Source: Nostoc sp. (lineage in GTDB: Bacteria; Cyanobacteriota; Cyanobacteriia; Cyanobacteriales; Nostocaceae). From it: a stretch of DNA of 64,000 bases. The position numbers and the translations under genes are program-made. The stretch spans positions 44,401 to 108,400 of the forward strand of contig JBALDB010000055.1 of the NCBI GenBank assembly GCA_036918135.1, in the 5' to 3' direction. The notes beneath the pieces are model-generated. The model made no database searches. It saw only the letters and a list, made by a program, of their open reading frames with translations, and had not been told where the DNA came from. Below, in pieces: positions 1-11,245 of this stretch (positions within the stretch are counted from its first letter, which is position 1; each line of letters opens with the position of its first letter).

Positions 1-219
1 TTTAATACAATAAATCTAGTTTAAAAGAATATATGTCTTTAGATATATAAGTTGTATATCTGAAGACATAAAAGCTTGATGTATAAATTTTTGTGGAAAA
101 TGCATAATTTCTGAAAATTTACTAATAGCAATCAAAAATAACACTATTTTTCGGCTATCGAGACTTAGCCAACATTTTTCTTCTCAACACGATAACTGCT
201 TGAGGTGGAAAGCTAAAAA

Positions 220-2955
220 ATGAAATACTGGATCGGTAAGTTAATAATATTTATAGTATTATTGTACAACTTGTTACTAGTGACAGATTACGCAAGAGCT
301 AGCCAACTTTCAAATATTGATGTGCAGTCATTAAATGCACTCTCAGTAATTGAAAACTTAGCAAGTGCTGACAATAATTTTGGCAACAGTAAAAAAGCAG
401 GTTTTCGTCGGTTCAGTGAAATAGTCAAAAAGTCAGGTAAATTAGAGGGACTTTTTACACTTTATTGTAATGATGACTCAAGCAAGATTTACTTAGAAAT
501 TAAACCAGAGCAACTAAATAAGAATTATTTAGCTACAATCACATTAGAATCGGGCATTGGTGAAAGTGGGATTTATAGTGGATTACCTCTTGCTGATTTT
601 CTATTTTATTTCCGACAAATAAATAATAAATTGCATTTTGTGATTCGGAATGTGAAATTTCGTACGGAAAGTATTACAGAACAGCGATCGCTTGCTCGTT
701 CGTTTAGCGACTCAGTTATTTATTCGTTAGAAATTCATAGTATTCATCCATTTAGTAAAAATATTTTGCTCGACCTGGATGATCTGTTAATGCAGGATTT
801 TCCGGGACTAACTCCTTTATTAAAATACTCTTTGCAAGCTGATTATCAGTTGGAACCAAGTAAGTCTTATTTTGGTGATGTCAACAGCTTCCCCGAAAAC
901 GTAGAGATTGATTCGATTTACGGTTTTTCATCATCAGAAGGAGCAAATTTAGTTACCGTACCTGATAGTAGGGCACTCAGTCTCAAGGTACACTACAGTT
1001 TTTCCCAGTTAAGAGAAAACAACGGTTATATTCCTAGACTTGCCGACGACCGCGTAGGATATTTTATTACTGCCTTCCAAGATTTCTCTAGCAATAACTC
1101 TGAAGAAGAATTTGTACGTTACATCAATCGTTGGCATTTAGAACCATCCGACCCTAACATTGTATCTCCACCCAAAAAACCAATTGTATTTTGGATTGAA
1201 AATGCTGTGCCGCTAGAGTATCGGGATGCAATTCGTGAAGGCGTCTTGATGTGGAACAAAGCATTTGAAAAAGCTGGATTCCAAAATGCCATTCAAGTCC
1301 AGCAAATGCCGGATAATGCTGATTGGCAACCAGCGGATGTGCGCTACAACACTATTCGTTGGTTCAATTCTCTGGATGCGGGTTTTGCCAAAGGCCCGAC
1401 CCGCGTTAACCCACTCACAGGAGAAATATTAGATGCAGATATTATGGTTGATGCCAGTATGGTGCGCTCAATTCGGCAAATATACCGCACCTATGTGGAA
1501 TCAAATAACAAGCAATTTAGGAATAGAAACATTACTTTAGCCTCTGAATGCACTGATAGACAATTACCCCAGACTACTAACTTTCTAGCTTTGACTTCCA
1601 CAAGAAATGCTGATATCTGCTATGGTAAAGGACTTGTAAATCAGGCAAATATGGGAGCGCTAGCATTGTCAATTTTACAAAATGCCACACCCAGTAGTGA
1701 AGCCATACAAGAATATGTGCATCAATATTTGCGTTCTCTAATCGCTCATGAAGTCGGGCATACTCTTGGTTTGCGCCACAACTTTCACGGCAGCGCTATG
1801 TTAGCACCTGAAGAGTTAAATAACACTGAAATTACTCACACTAAAGGTTTAGTGGGTTCGGTGATGGACTATCTACCCGTGAACGTAGCACCACAGGGAG
1901 TAGATCAAGGTGACTATTTTCCAAAGATTATTGGCCCTTACGATGAATGGGCAATTGAGTATGGTTATAAAATAAACCCATCAGCAAAAATTGAGCCAAT
2001 GATTCCAGAAACGGAAAAAAGTTTTTTGGAAAAGATTGCTTTAGCCTCACCTCAACCAGAATTATCTTACGCAACAGATGAAGACATCTTAGACGTTAAT
2101 CCCCTAGCAAATGTTTGGGATATGAGTAATGATGTTTTAGTTTATTCTCAGTGGCAAATGGATAATGCCCGCGTTATGTGGCAACGCCTAGAAAAGGGTT
2201 ATTTATCACCGGGAGAAAGTTACAGCAATTTGCGCGTTTTATTCGATAGAGTACTTCTATATTATTTTAGTAATGCTAAATTGCTCTCTCAATACATTGG
2301 TGGGCAATCGTTTCGGCGTCTTCATGCTGGTGATGATAGTTCCTGGGCATTTGTACCAGTTTCATTATTCAAACAACGTCAAGCATTGACTAAATTACAA
2401 GAATATGTATTTGCTGATAATGCTTTTAATTTCTCAGCACAATTGTTGAATCAGTTAGCACCATCGCGTTGGCAACATTGGGGTAGTTTTGTACCCAATT
2501 ATCGCCTTGATTATCCGATTCACGATCGCATTTTGAATTTCCAAACTGCGATATTGCGATCGCTATTAGATAGCGATCGCTTAAATCGGTTACAAGATAT
2601 AGAATTAAAAACCCAGCCTGGACAAGCACTTACTATTCCAGAATTATTCGACACCTTACAAACAAGCATCTGGACAGAAGTTTTAACCCCAAGAGAATTC
2701 AAGTCAATTTCTAGCATCCGCCGTTCATTGCAACGAGAATATTTGAATATTTTGCTAGCAATTATGTTGCATACTACTGATGCGCCTGAAGATGGTCGGA
2801 CACTGGCTTGGTATAAATTGCACCAATTGCAAAAAGCGATAGATATCAGACTCAAACAACTGAGTGAAAACATCGATATTTACACCTTAGCTCACTTACA
2901 AGTTTCTGGCGATCGCATTAATAAAGCATTACACGCACAGTTACTCTCGAATTAG
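220..2955 (+). CDS. Secreted zinc-dependent metalloprotease (metzincin, DUF5117/DUF4953 EcxA-like)
   Basis: Signal peptide; HEVGHTLGLRH zinc motif; SVMDY Met-turn; PRLADDRVGYF motif. Confidence 0.85.
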   Translation: MKYWIGKLIIFIVLLYNLLLVTDYARASQLSNIDVQSLNALSVIENLASADNNFGNSKKAGFRRFSEIVKKSGKLEGLFTLYCNDDSSKIYLEIKPEQLNKNYLATITLESGIGESGIYSGLPLADFLFYFRQINNKLHFVIRNVKFRTESITEQRSLARSFSDSVIYSLEIHSIHPFSKNILLDLDDLLMQDFPGLTPLLKYSLQADYQLEPSKSYFGDVNSFPENVEIDSIYGFSSSEGANLVTVPDSRALSLKVHYSFSQLRENNGYIPRLADDRVGYFITAFQDFSSNNSEEEFVRYINRWHLEPSDPNIVSPPKKPIVFWIENAVPLEYRDAIREGVLMWNKAFEKAGFQNAIQVQQMPDNADWQPADVRYNTIRWFNSLDAGFAKGPTRVNPLTGEILDADIMVDASMVRSIRQIYRTYVESNNKQFRNRNITLASECTDRQLPQTTNFLALTSTRNADICYGKGLVNQANMGALALSILQNATPSSEAIQEYVHQYLRSLIAHEVGHTLGLRHNFHGSAMLAPEELNNTEITHTKGLVGSVMDYLPVNVAPQGVDQGDYFPKIIGPYDEWAIEYGYKINPSAKIEPMIPETEKSFLEKIALASPQPELSYATDEDILDVNPLANVWDMSNDVLVYSQWQMDNARVMWQRLEKGYLSPGESYSNLRVLFDRVLLYYFSNAKLLSQYIGGQSFRRLHAGDDSSWAFVPVSLFKQRQALTKLQEYVFADNAFNFSAQLLNQLAPSRWQHWGSFVPNYRLDYPIHDRILNFQTAILRSLLDSDRLNRLQDIELKTQPGQALTIPELFDTLQTSIWTEVLTPREFKSISSIRRSLQREYLNILLAIMLHTTDAPEDGRTLAWYKLHQLQKAIDIRLKQLSENIDIYTLAHLQVSGDRINKALHAQLLSN

Positions 2956-3307
2956 TCATTGAGCGTTGGTTATTAACCATTGATGTATTTATATAGCGAC
3001 GATCCTCTCTTGGAAACCGAACTACATCTACGACAAATAATTTTACTTTTGACATGTTTAGAATGGCTGTGGCGAGATAGAAGTAATTTTTATACACTAG
3101 CAAGACTAGATTTTTGTATTTAAGAACAGTTTTCTAGATAAAATACCAGCGAAACTTAATTTCTTTTCCTAATACTTGTCGCCTTTACCTTTAATACAGT
3201 AAATAGATAAAATAAGATGCTCAATTACTAATAATTTTGATAAATATTTAAATTATTGAAATTATTGTAAAATTATTGACAATAAATCTTATTAAAGAAG
3301 TTATTAA

Positions 3308-4286
3308 TTGCCAGCTATGACCATTACTCTCACAGAAAATGAAAGTAGCGAACTTTGGGCAGAAACTAAAGTAAACAACCTACAAAACCCAGAGCCGGAT
3401 GAATTTATTTATCAAATGCCAACAATTCTCGGCAAGGGCTATGAGCGAAACATTAAAGTCTATCCTAATCTCCTGCTTACAATTCACGACTTAGAATATC
3501 ACGATGATTTATTGGTGAAATTTCCGGAATCGAATCATCCTCTGCAATTTAGTGTCGATATTTTAGGAGTTAATGCAGACAATATCACTTATTTCTGGTG
3601 CTGGCATTCAACGCTCATGGACTGAGGAGAATCCGAAATTTGAACGAAGTGTGTTTGTTAATATTCATATGCCACCTGAGCTATTGGCAACCTTTTTCCC
3701 GACAGCAGGTGGTGAAATTCCTTGTGAGTTCAGCTTTCTGGTAAAGGGTGATGATTGGCAGACAATGCTACAGCCCAAAAAGACACCTGTTATTAACTCT
3801 GTGGCACAACAAATCATCAATTGTCCCTATCAAGGAATCACCAAGCGGTTGTTTTTGTAGACAAAAGTGCCAGAACTAATCGGGTTGCATTTAACTTCTA
3901 TTCTGGTGGGTCGAGGTGGAGTACAAAGGTCGCCACGACTGAAGCCCGAAACTATCACCCGAATTTATCACGCTAGGGATATTTTGCACTCCCGTCTGGA
4001 AAATCCACCATCGATACTGGAATTAGCGCAACTAGTAGGTGTGAGCCATCGCACTCTCAAACGTGGATTTCGAGAATTGTTTAATACAACGGTATTTGGT
4101 TATGTGACTGATAAACGTATGGAACAAGCAGAACAACTGTTACGTAACAGCCATCTTACTGTTGCCGAAGTTGCCAATTTGGTAGGTTATACCCACCTTG
4201 GACACTTTGCTGCTGCCTTTAAGCACAAGTTTGGCATTTTACCGAGTGAATGTTTATCGGGTAAAAAGTTCTTGACGGGACTATGA
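3308..4286 (+). pseudogene. AraC-family regulator (PchR-like), frameshift plus internal stop
   Basis: Three ORF pieces together resemble the intact AraC at 34445-35428; frameshift near 3580 and TAG at 3858-3860. Confidence 0.85.
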
Positions 4287-4395
4287 TGAACCTTTTGGGA
4301 TAGACAAAACCACGAGTCCCACTTTACAGTGTGCTTTATTGCAATTAATAAATATCTGCAATAAGGTTTTTAATCAAAAGTGTGTGAGAAGTGGG

Positions 4396-5092
4396 ATGAA
4401 AAGTTGGCGTTTATCAGCCGATTCCTCCAATTTCGCTGTATGCCAGCTACAGTCGGTCATTTACTCCCAATACTGGAACCGACTTTGAGGGCAATCAATT
4501 TAAGCCAGAGCGCGGTACGTCCTATGAAGTGGGCATCAAAGGTGATATCAGCAATCGGCTGTCTGCGACCCTAGCCTTCTATGACGTAACCCGCTCCAAT
4601 GTTTTGACTACCGATCCCGTCAACATTGATTTTTTGATCCAAACGGGAGAGCAGCGTAGTAAGGGGTTTGAATTCAGCTTGGCTGGTGAAATCTTACCGG
4701 GATGGAACATCATTGCAGGTTACGCTTACACGGATGCAACCGTCACAAAAGACAATGACATTCCCGTTGGCAACCTGCTGAACAATGTGCCGAAACATAG
4801 CTTTAACATCTGGACTAGCTATGAAATTCAAACAGGCAGCTGGAAAGGATTTGGCGTGGGTGCTGGAGTATTTTTCGTTGGTGATAGGCAGGGAGATTTA
4901 GACAATACCTTTGAATTGCCTAGTTATCTCCGTACCGATGCAGCCATCTTCTACAGACGCGATCGATTTAGAGCAGGGGTTAATTTCAAGAATCTGTTTA
5001 ACGTGGACTATTTTGAGTCTGCCATTAGCAGATTGGGTATTTATCCTGGCGATCCGTTTGTCGTTCAGGGAACGGTTTCGTGGCAGTTTTGA
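4396..5092 (+). pseudogene. TonB-dependent receptor, 3' fragment after large internal deletion
   Basis: ATG at 4396 joined out of frame to VYQPIPPISLYASYSRSF at 4409, running to terminal VSWQF. Confidence 0.85.
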
Positions 5093-5113
5093 TTCCCATT
5101 ATCCTCTATCTTT

Positions 5114-6883
5114 ATGAACCGCAAAACTCTGCGTAATTTTGTATTCATCCTCCACCGCTATATTGGCTTAGTCGTGGGAGTGCTGTTAATCATCGCTGGC
5201 TTAACAGGTAGCTTGCTGGTGTTTTCACCTGAAATCGATGAATTTCTGCTCACTCATCAAATTGGACACGTCATTCCCTCTGGACAAAAAATTCCTATTG
5301 AATCAGTCATAAACACTGTAAAAGCAGCCTACAGCAACCAGCCAGAACTCAAAGTAGATCGCATCTATACATCCAAAAAAGCTGATGCTGCCCATGAAGT
5401 GATGCTTGAATCTGCACGGGGGGAAGCTACAGCAGTTTATGTAAATCCTTACACAGGCACAATTATCGGTAGCCGGATGAGCGATCGCACCAAACTCACC
5501 CTAGCAGGTGAATATAAAGAGCGTAACAAAGATAATGGTAATTTTGGTCTTCCATTTGAAGGTACTTTATTACCTAATCCGAATGGCAGACTCCCTCGCA
5601 ATCTTAATCCAGTCTGGCCAGATCCCAAAAGAACAGAAATAAGTAAATATGGAGCTAGTTACGACCTTGAGCATCGTTTTAGCAAAGACTGGCAGCTACG
5701 CAGTCGTTTCCTGTTTTCTCATGATGTAAATGATAGAGCTACAGTCGATCTCGGCGAATTTGCCCCAGATTTCCGTACTGTGGATAGATACTATGGATAC
5801 AATCTAGCCACTAGTGATAACTATAATTTTGACACTTATACAGTTGGCAAATTTCAGACAGGCAGCATTAGGTATCAACTGGTAACTGGCTTTAATTACC
5901 AGTGGGCAGCATACTCAGAGGTTGGTGGCGGTGGTGGACCTTTTGACCAACTCGATCTGTACAACCCCATATATCGTCAACGAGTCAAACTTGGACTAAA
6001 TGATACATACACATTTGCCAATTTATATAAATCAAACTCATATGGCTTTTATATCCAAGATCAACTGACCCTGGCGGAAAATTTAAAACTGGTTTTGGGG
6101 GGACGCTACGATATTGCAAATTCAAAAGCAGGGAATATTGGTGAGGACTTGATTGAGTCCCCACAACAGGAAGCTTTTAGCCCAAGAGTTGGGATCGTCT
6201 ATCAACCAATTGAGCCAGTTTCCCTCTACGCTAGCTACAGTCGCTCATTTACCCCACAAGGTGGACAAGATTTTGATGGTAACTTGTTTCAACCAGAACG
6301 TGGCACACAGTATGAAGTGGGTGTGAAAGTAGATTTGAATGACAAGCTTTCTACAACCCTGGCTTTGTATGATTTAACCCGTTCCAATGTCCTTACTGGC
6401 GATCCCGATCTAGCCCGTCGAAATTTAGGATTTTTTGTTCAAGTTGGCGAACAGCGTAGCCGAGGTATTGAATTTAACGTGTCTGGTGAAATTTTGCCGG
6501 GATGGAACATTATTGCTAACTATGCTTTTACAGATTCAACAATCACAAAAGATAACGACCTTCCAGTTGGTAACGAGCTTGATAACGTAGCAAAACATTC
6601 TGCTACCCTATGGACAACCTACGAAATTCAATCTGGTAGTTTGCAAGGATTAGGCTTTGGAGTCGGAGTATTTTATGTTGGTGAAAGACAAGCACTTCTC
6701 CCCAATGATTCACAATATATATTACCCAGCTATGTCAGCACTGATGCCGCAATTTTTTACAAACGAGACAGGTTCCGTGCTGCACTAAATTTCAAAAACC
6801 TATTTGACTTGTACTATTTTGAGTCTATCGGTCTACTAGGCGATCCATTTACTGTACAAGGTACAGTTTCGTGGGAGCTATAA
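5114..6883 (+). pseudogene. In-frame chimera: PepSY-TM N-terminus fused to TonB receptor barrel C-terminal part
   Basis: LHRYIGL...VYVNPYTG (PepSY-TM), then SDRTKLTL...VSWEL (barrel, no plug); junction at GCGATCGC 5481-5488. Confidence 0.85.
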
Positions 6884-7162
6884 TCCTACGTTTACTTAGG
6901 CGGAGGGGTTCGTTTGATGATTCTCAAATTGCGATCGCCCTTCTAAGAAAAGTTTTTGGTTTACTGATAAAAGCCTTACTGGAGGATTTTCAAAATCATA
7001 CCAGAAGATTCACTCTTTATGGTTCACCTTACTCAGTTTTTGCAGCGTTTGTTTTAACTACGACCGCTTGCTCACATTGAGAGCGATCGCTGCTGAATTG
7101 TTCGGGTAATTCCTATAAAATTATTGCTAATTGCTAGCATTAACTCTATTGTTCGCTGACCT

Positions 7163-7240
7163 TTGCTTGGCAAGTTTAAGACTGGTTCAATTACAGACCA
7201 GGTTTTAGTGGGTTTTGATTTTAACTACTTTAACTGGAGT
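7163..7240 (+). pseudogene. Tiny internal TonB receptor fragment
   Basis: GKFKTGSITDQVLVGFDFN matches GNFKTGSIAHKLLLGFEF-type strands of receptors in this window. Confidence 0.55.
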
Positions 7241-7268
7241 CATTCTCCTGTATTTGCAAGCCGCATCC

Positions 7269-8678
7269 TCAAGGTAACTGAGTTAATTTCGGTTGGTCTA
7301 GATATGTATACACCAATTGAGAAACTTGACGAACAAAATCCCTTCCTCTAATGTCATTGTAAGGTCTTCTCACAAAAATTCCTGCTAAGTAACGCTTGCC
7401 ATTAGGCATCTCAACAATACCTGCATCTCCAATTACAAACCCTATGTCCCCTGTTTTGTGAGCAATTAGCGCTCCCGAACCCAAACCAGCAGCCAGCAAC
7501 TTTTTGTTATGGCAATGACTCAAGATGTCTAAAGCCTGAGAGCGACTTCCATCTGAAATTAACTTATGATACTGAATCAATGCTGACAATTTTACTAAAT
7601 CTGCGGGACTAGTAGTATTAGTTCCCTTAAAATCTCCTAGCAAATTACGAATTACAGTATTTTTCAATCCCCAACTGCCAAACCGTTGATTCAGTATTGC
7701 TTTACCACCCAAACGGTCAATAATTATATTTGTGGCAGTATTATCACTGATACCAATCATTTTGTTAATGGTTTGCAGCACAGTCAACTTGGTTCCTACA
7801 CGTTGATACTGCAAGTCTCCAGAACCACTTGCAACTAAATCTCGTCGTATTACCAAGGTGTCATTTAGCTTGACTTGACCAGCGTCTATTTTCTCAAATA
7901 AAGCAATCAGAATTGGGAACTTAATTGTACTAGCAGCGGGAAATACTTTGTCGCCACTAATATCCAAATAGTTACCCGTCTCTAAATCTACAAAAAACAT
8001 TCCTGGCTTTAGGAAACTATAACGAGCCATCAACGCATTAATTTGAGATTTTAGTTGTGGTATTTGCTCACCTAAAGCAACTACCCCAGCAAACATAGAA
8101 GCATTGATTGGTTTAGTGAGTATATCTGGTGGACTAGGCTGATTAATAATTGCAATATCTTGAAGAGGCGCTCTAGTTTGAAATAAGAGAACTTGGGATT
8201 TTTTCTGGAGATTAGGGGTAATGGAAATTGGTGTTTGAGAGGACTGTTCTCCAGTCTCTATTCCCCATTCCACAACCCTCCTCACAGGCATTTTTTCAAT
8301 TGATGATAATTTGACGACCCAATGAGAGTCAGAATCTCCCTTGACTATGACACTTTGGGGAGAGACAGTGTAACCGGATGCTAATTCAATTACGAGTCGG
8401 GTTGTCTGGGGGTCAAGCTGTGCTACCCGAATTTCTCGAATCACTGAACCAAAGCTTTGTTTGGTTGTAGGATAACCCAAAATATTACCTGATAAATCAA
8501 TAACAAGTCTTTTAGGATTATTAATTAAAAAAACTCTCGGTTGGATACCTGAGTCAGTGGTTAAGTCAAGCTGATTTTGAATGGGGTCAAAGTGCCAGGA
8601 TTCTAATCAAGTAGCTCTTGCAGGTGAGGATAGCAGCAAAATGCTAATTAAACTCAGTAAAAACCAGCGTAATTTCAT
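7269..8678 (-). pseudogene. AMIN-domain class A beta-lactamase-like serine hydrolase with early nonsense codon
   Basis: STIK, SDN and KTG motifs; ATG at 8678 encodes signal peptide MKLRWFLLSLISILLLSSPARAT, then in-frame TGA at 8609-8607. Confidence 0.8.
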
Positions 8679-8946
8679 ACAGTATGGTGAGGGTATTGTT
8701 GAATTTACTTATTGTAGATTTTCTCAAATAGTAAATTATATTAGAACTGATTGAGAATCATAAATAAGAAAATATGAAATGTCAAGAATTTTAGATGTCA
8801 ATAAAAAATTATGTAGTGAAGATAGATTATATTTTATATAAGTTAGTATAATTTAATTCACATTCGTTTTAAAAATGGGTGATAAAGCTTTCTCAAATTA
8901 CTATAGAAGCATCTATAAAACTGAGATTTTACTATTGAGAATTAGT

Positions 8947-9327
8947 TTATGTATTTTTATCTGTACAAGGTCTGATTTTCTCTGTTGGTGAAAGATATCC
9001 ACCTTCAACTCCGATAGTTATTCCCCTTGTCTGACGTAACACATTTATCGCTTTCGGACAGTCACAACGAAATTTAGAAATTGCAGCATCGCTCTCCTCA
9101 TCTGTCATATTTAGTTCTATTACCTTTTGATTATCAGTCTGAGTATTATCAGCTTTTGCTATAAATAGGCGATTAAAAGTTGCTAGATGAGCATTTCCGC
9201 TACAGTTTTGGCGTTGACAATTTAAGGTGGCTGTATGAGCATCATTTGTGGAAGTATTTTCAGGTAATTTCTCTTGATTAAGATTATCTGCTTTTGCAGA
9301 TTTTTCTAAGAATAAATTCAGTAGCAA
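8947..9327 (-). CDS. Hypothetical protein with CDC motif; start uncertain
   Basis: TDEESDAAISKFRCDCPKAINVLRQ resembles a small cyanobacterial hypothetical family (recalled, not searched). Confidence 0.5.
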   Translation of the reverse strand: MLLNLFLEKSAKADNLNQEKLPENTSTNDAHTATLNCQRQNCSGNAHLATFNRLFIAKADNTQTDNQKVIELNMTDEESDAAISKFRCDCPKAINVLRQTRGITIGVEGGYLSPTEKIRPCTDKNT

Positions 9328-9736
9328 CGAAGTAACAAATGTTGAACTGGCAAATAAAATTAGGGGTAGCTTTTTTACTACTTTCTTCTAAATATGCGAT
9401 TGGACTGCACAATCTTAACACTTTCAACTTTGAATGTCAGTCTATTTTTATCATCAAAATTAGATTTTAATTATTTCATCAATAAAGATTAATATATTAA
9501 GTACTAATTCTGAAAACCTATTAATAAATATTTTACATTAAGTGATAATTTCCATTAATTATAAATAAATGGAAATAAAGTAAATATATTTTATAGAATT
9601 ACCTACTTTTTAAAATTATTTAAAAAGTTAAAAATTTAATATTTGAGTCTTTGACTTTGCCATTAAATCTTTGTACATTGCAATTGTAACAAAACGTTAA
9701 AAATAGAAAGCTTATTTTTATTTGAGATGAGTATCA

Positions 9737-10189
9737 TTATGTTTTTGCTTCTATTGAAAGGGAATGTTGAGGTTTAAATTCTGCCCATTCTTTGCATATA
9801 GCTTGGTAACATTGCGGTGGTGTAATAGGTAAATTAGTTAAAGAGAAAAACCCAGCCTGATTACCGTATTCCAACAAAAACACAACATCTATATGAGGAT
9901 TATACTTATCTACAGCTTCGAGAATATGAGCATTCATGAAGTGTCTTTGTAAAAGTACAGTATCGGGTGCTGCTAACCAAGCATTTAAGAAAGCTGCAAG
10001 ATTTTTACGCGGGATAAAATGCGCTCTAAATGTTTCACCACTCATACTTAAATACTGAGAATTGGTACTGCAAATTACCACACTGCGTTCTCCTCCTAAA
10101 TAACCAACCCAAGCGTTGTAACCAATTGCCAATAAGTTAGTGGCGATAAAATCTTGTTGCCAATCTTGAGTGTTTATTTCTGTAGTCAT
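9737..10189 (-). CDS. Hypothetical protein
   Basis: 150 aa ORF; ATG overlaps the stop of the upstream minus-strand remnant (ATGA). Confidence 0.65.
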   Translation of the reverse strand: MTTEINTQDWQQDFIATNLLAIGYNAWVGYLGGERSVVICSTNSQYLSMSGETFRAHFIPRKNLAAFLNAWLAAPDTVLLQRHFMNAHILEAVDKYNPHIDVVFLLEYGNQAGFFSLTNLPITPPQCYQAICKEWAEFKPQHSLSIEAKT

Positions 10190-10350
10190 CTCAAATTAAC
10201 CTCATAAATTGATAACTGCCAAAGTTGGATGGAATAACACAGATGACTCTCAAAAATAGTGCGTGCTGCTAACCCTTCAGCAATTGGCTTTTCTAACCAA
10301 CGCTTAAACACCCAACGAGCGAGTGTATGTAATGGAGGAACTGCGATCGC
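10186..10350 (-). pseudogene. 3' remnant (54 codons) of an unidentified gene truncated at HIP1
   Basis: Open frame AIAVPPLHTLARWVFKRW...EVNLR* whose TGA overlaps the next ATG. Confidence 0.6.
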
Positions 10351-10765
10351 ACCCAACACTTCTTCATCTTTAGTTCAGGGTTGTACAGCCAGTGTTTTAC
10401 CCGTTTACAGCAAATTCTTTTATGAAAAGTGGGCAAAGGGTTCAGTACCCATCGCACCGCCTTACATTCAGGATAATTTATGGTTCTATGTCGAGAATAA
10501 AACACTGGATCAGAAAAAAGTGGTGAAAGCGATCGCTACAATCCAACAATGGATTGACACTGGAATTTCAATGGAACTACTGTTTAATCTCAACGCTGGA
10601 GTTTATTTTCCTGACGAACCAGAGCGTTGTCTTACAGCTGTTGATATTTTTGAAACCCTAATGCTGGCTTGGGAATTGGGTTGTAAAGCAATCTACTATA
10701 TTCGCACTGTCCAAAAAGACAGTTTTAAAGAATCGAGCGAACAATGTGTTGCTTGTGCAAATTAA
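10340..10765 (+). pseudogene. nrdA: Class I ribonucleotide reductase alpha subunit, C-terminal remnant
   Basis: TAIAPNTSSSLVQG, QQWIDTGIS, GCKAIYY and terminal CVAC; everything upstream is missing. Confidence 0.85.
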
Positions 10766-10767
10766 CT

Positions 10768-10800
10768 AGGGAGTAGGGAGTGGGGAGTAGGGAGTAGGGA
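10768..10800 (+). repeat. Heptamer tandem repeat (TAGGGAG)n
   Basis: tagggagtagggagtggggagtagggagtaggga; inverted copy ccctactccctactccc at about 11216-11232. Confidence 0.75.
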
Positions 10801-11169
10801 TTAAGAAAGCTTTGCTTTCAAGGATTTTTGTAAACCTCGAAGCATTCGTTGTATTTCGTCAGTTTTGGTTAGGATTTATTTGAGTTTAGGATTGGTTATG
10901 TATTCCAATTGTTCGGCTACAATTAGTTGGGTTTCAAGTTCCGCCAAAGAACCGAGAGCGAACGCTATAAATCTAAGGAATTCTTATGTTGAATCTCTAG
11001 CATGACCTTCTGCCAAATTTGATGGTATCGATACTGCCACCCGTTGCATTTGGCTACTCAAACTATATGTTTCAGACTTAGGAAAATCTCGTGTTAATAG
11101 ATAAACTTGCTTGGTCAAACTTATACCCAACTGCCAAACTTTCAAATCCCGATAACTATTAATTGTCAT
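10801..11169 (-). pseudogene. Four helix bundle protein (23S rRNA IVP family), two nonsense codons
   Basis: SYRDLKVWQ...AVSIPSNLAEG then * EFLRFIAFALGSLAELETQL... a second stop, ending KAKLS*. Confidence 0.8.
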
Positions 11170-11245
11170 AGATGCTGAATCAGTATATATATCTTTTTTA
11201 ATCTTACTCCGCATTCCCTACTCCCTACTCCCTTTCAACAGAAAA

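Noticed and set aside
6990..7090. Possible lipoprotein signal (LTTTACS) of a siderophore-binding protein cut near HIP1 7083
   Set aside because: No convincing start codon or mature sequence; too short to support
10259..10345. Intein or split-nrdA N-terminal segment
   Set aside because: Better explained as the antisense of another gene's 3' end joined at HIP1
10801..11169. DGR accessory (Avd-like) gene implying a diversity-generating retroelement for the receptors
   Set aside because: No reverse transcriptase in the window, and differences between paralog copies are not adenine-restricted
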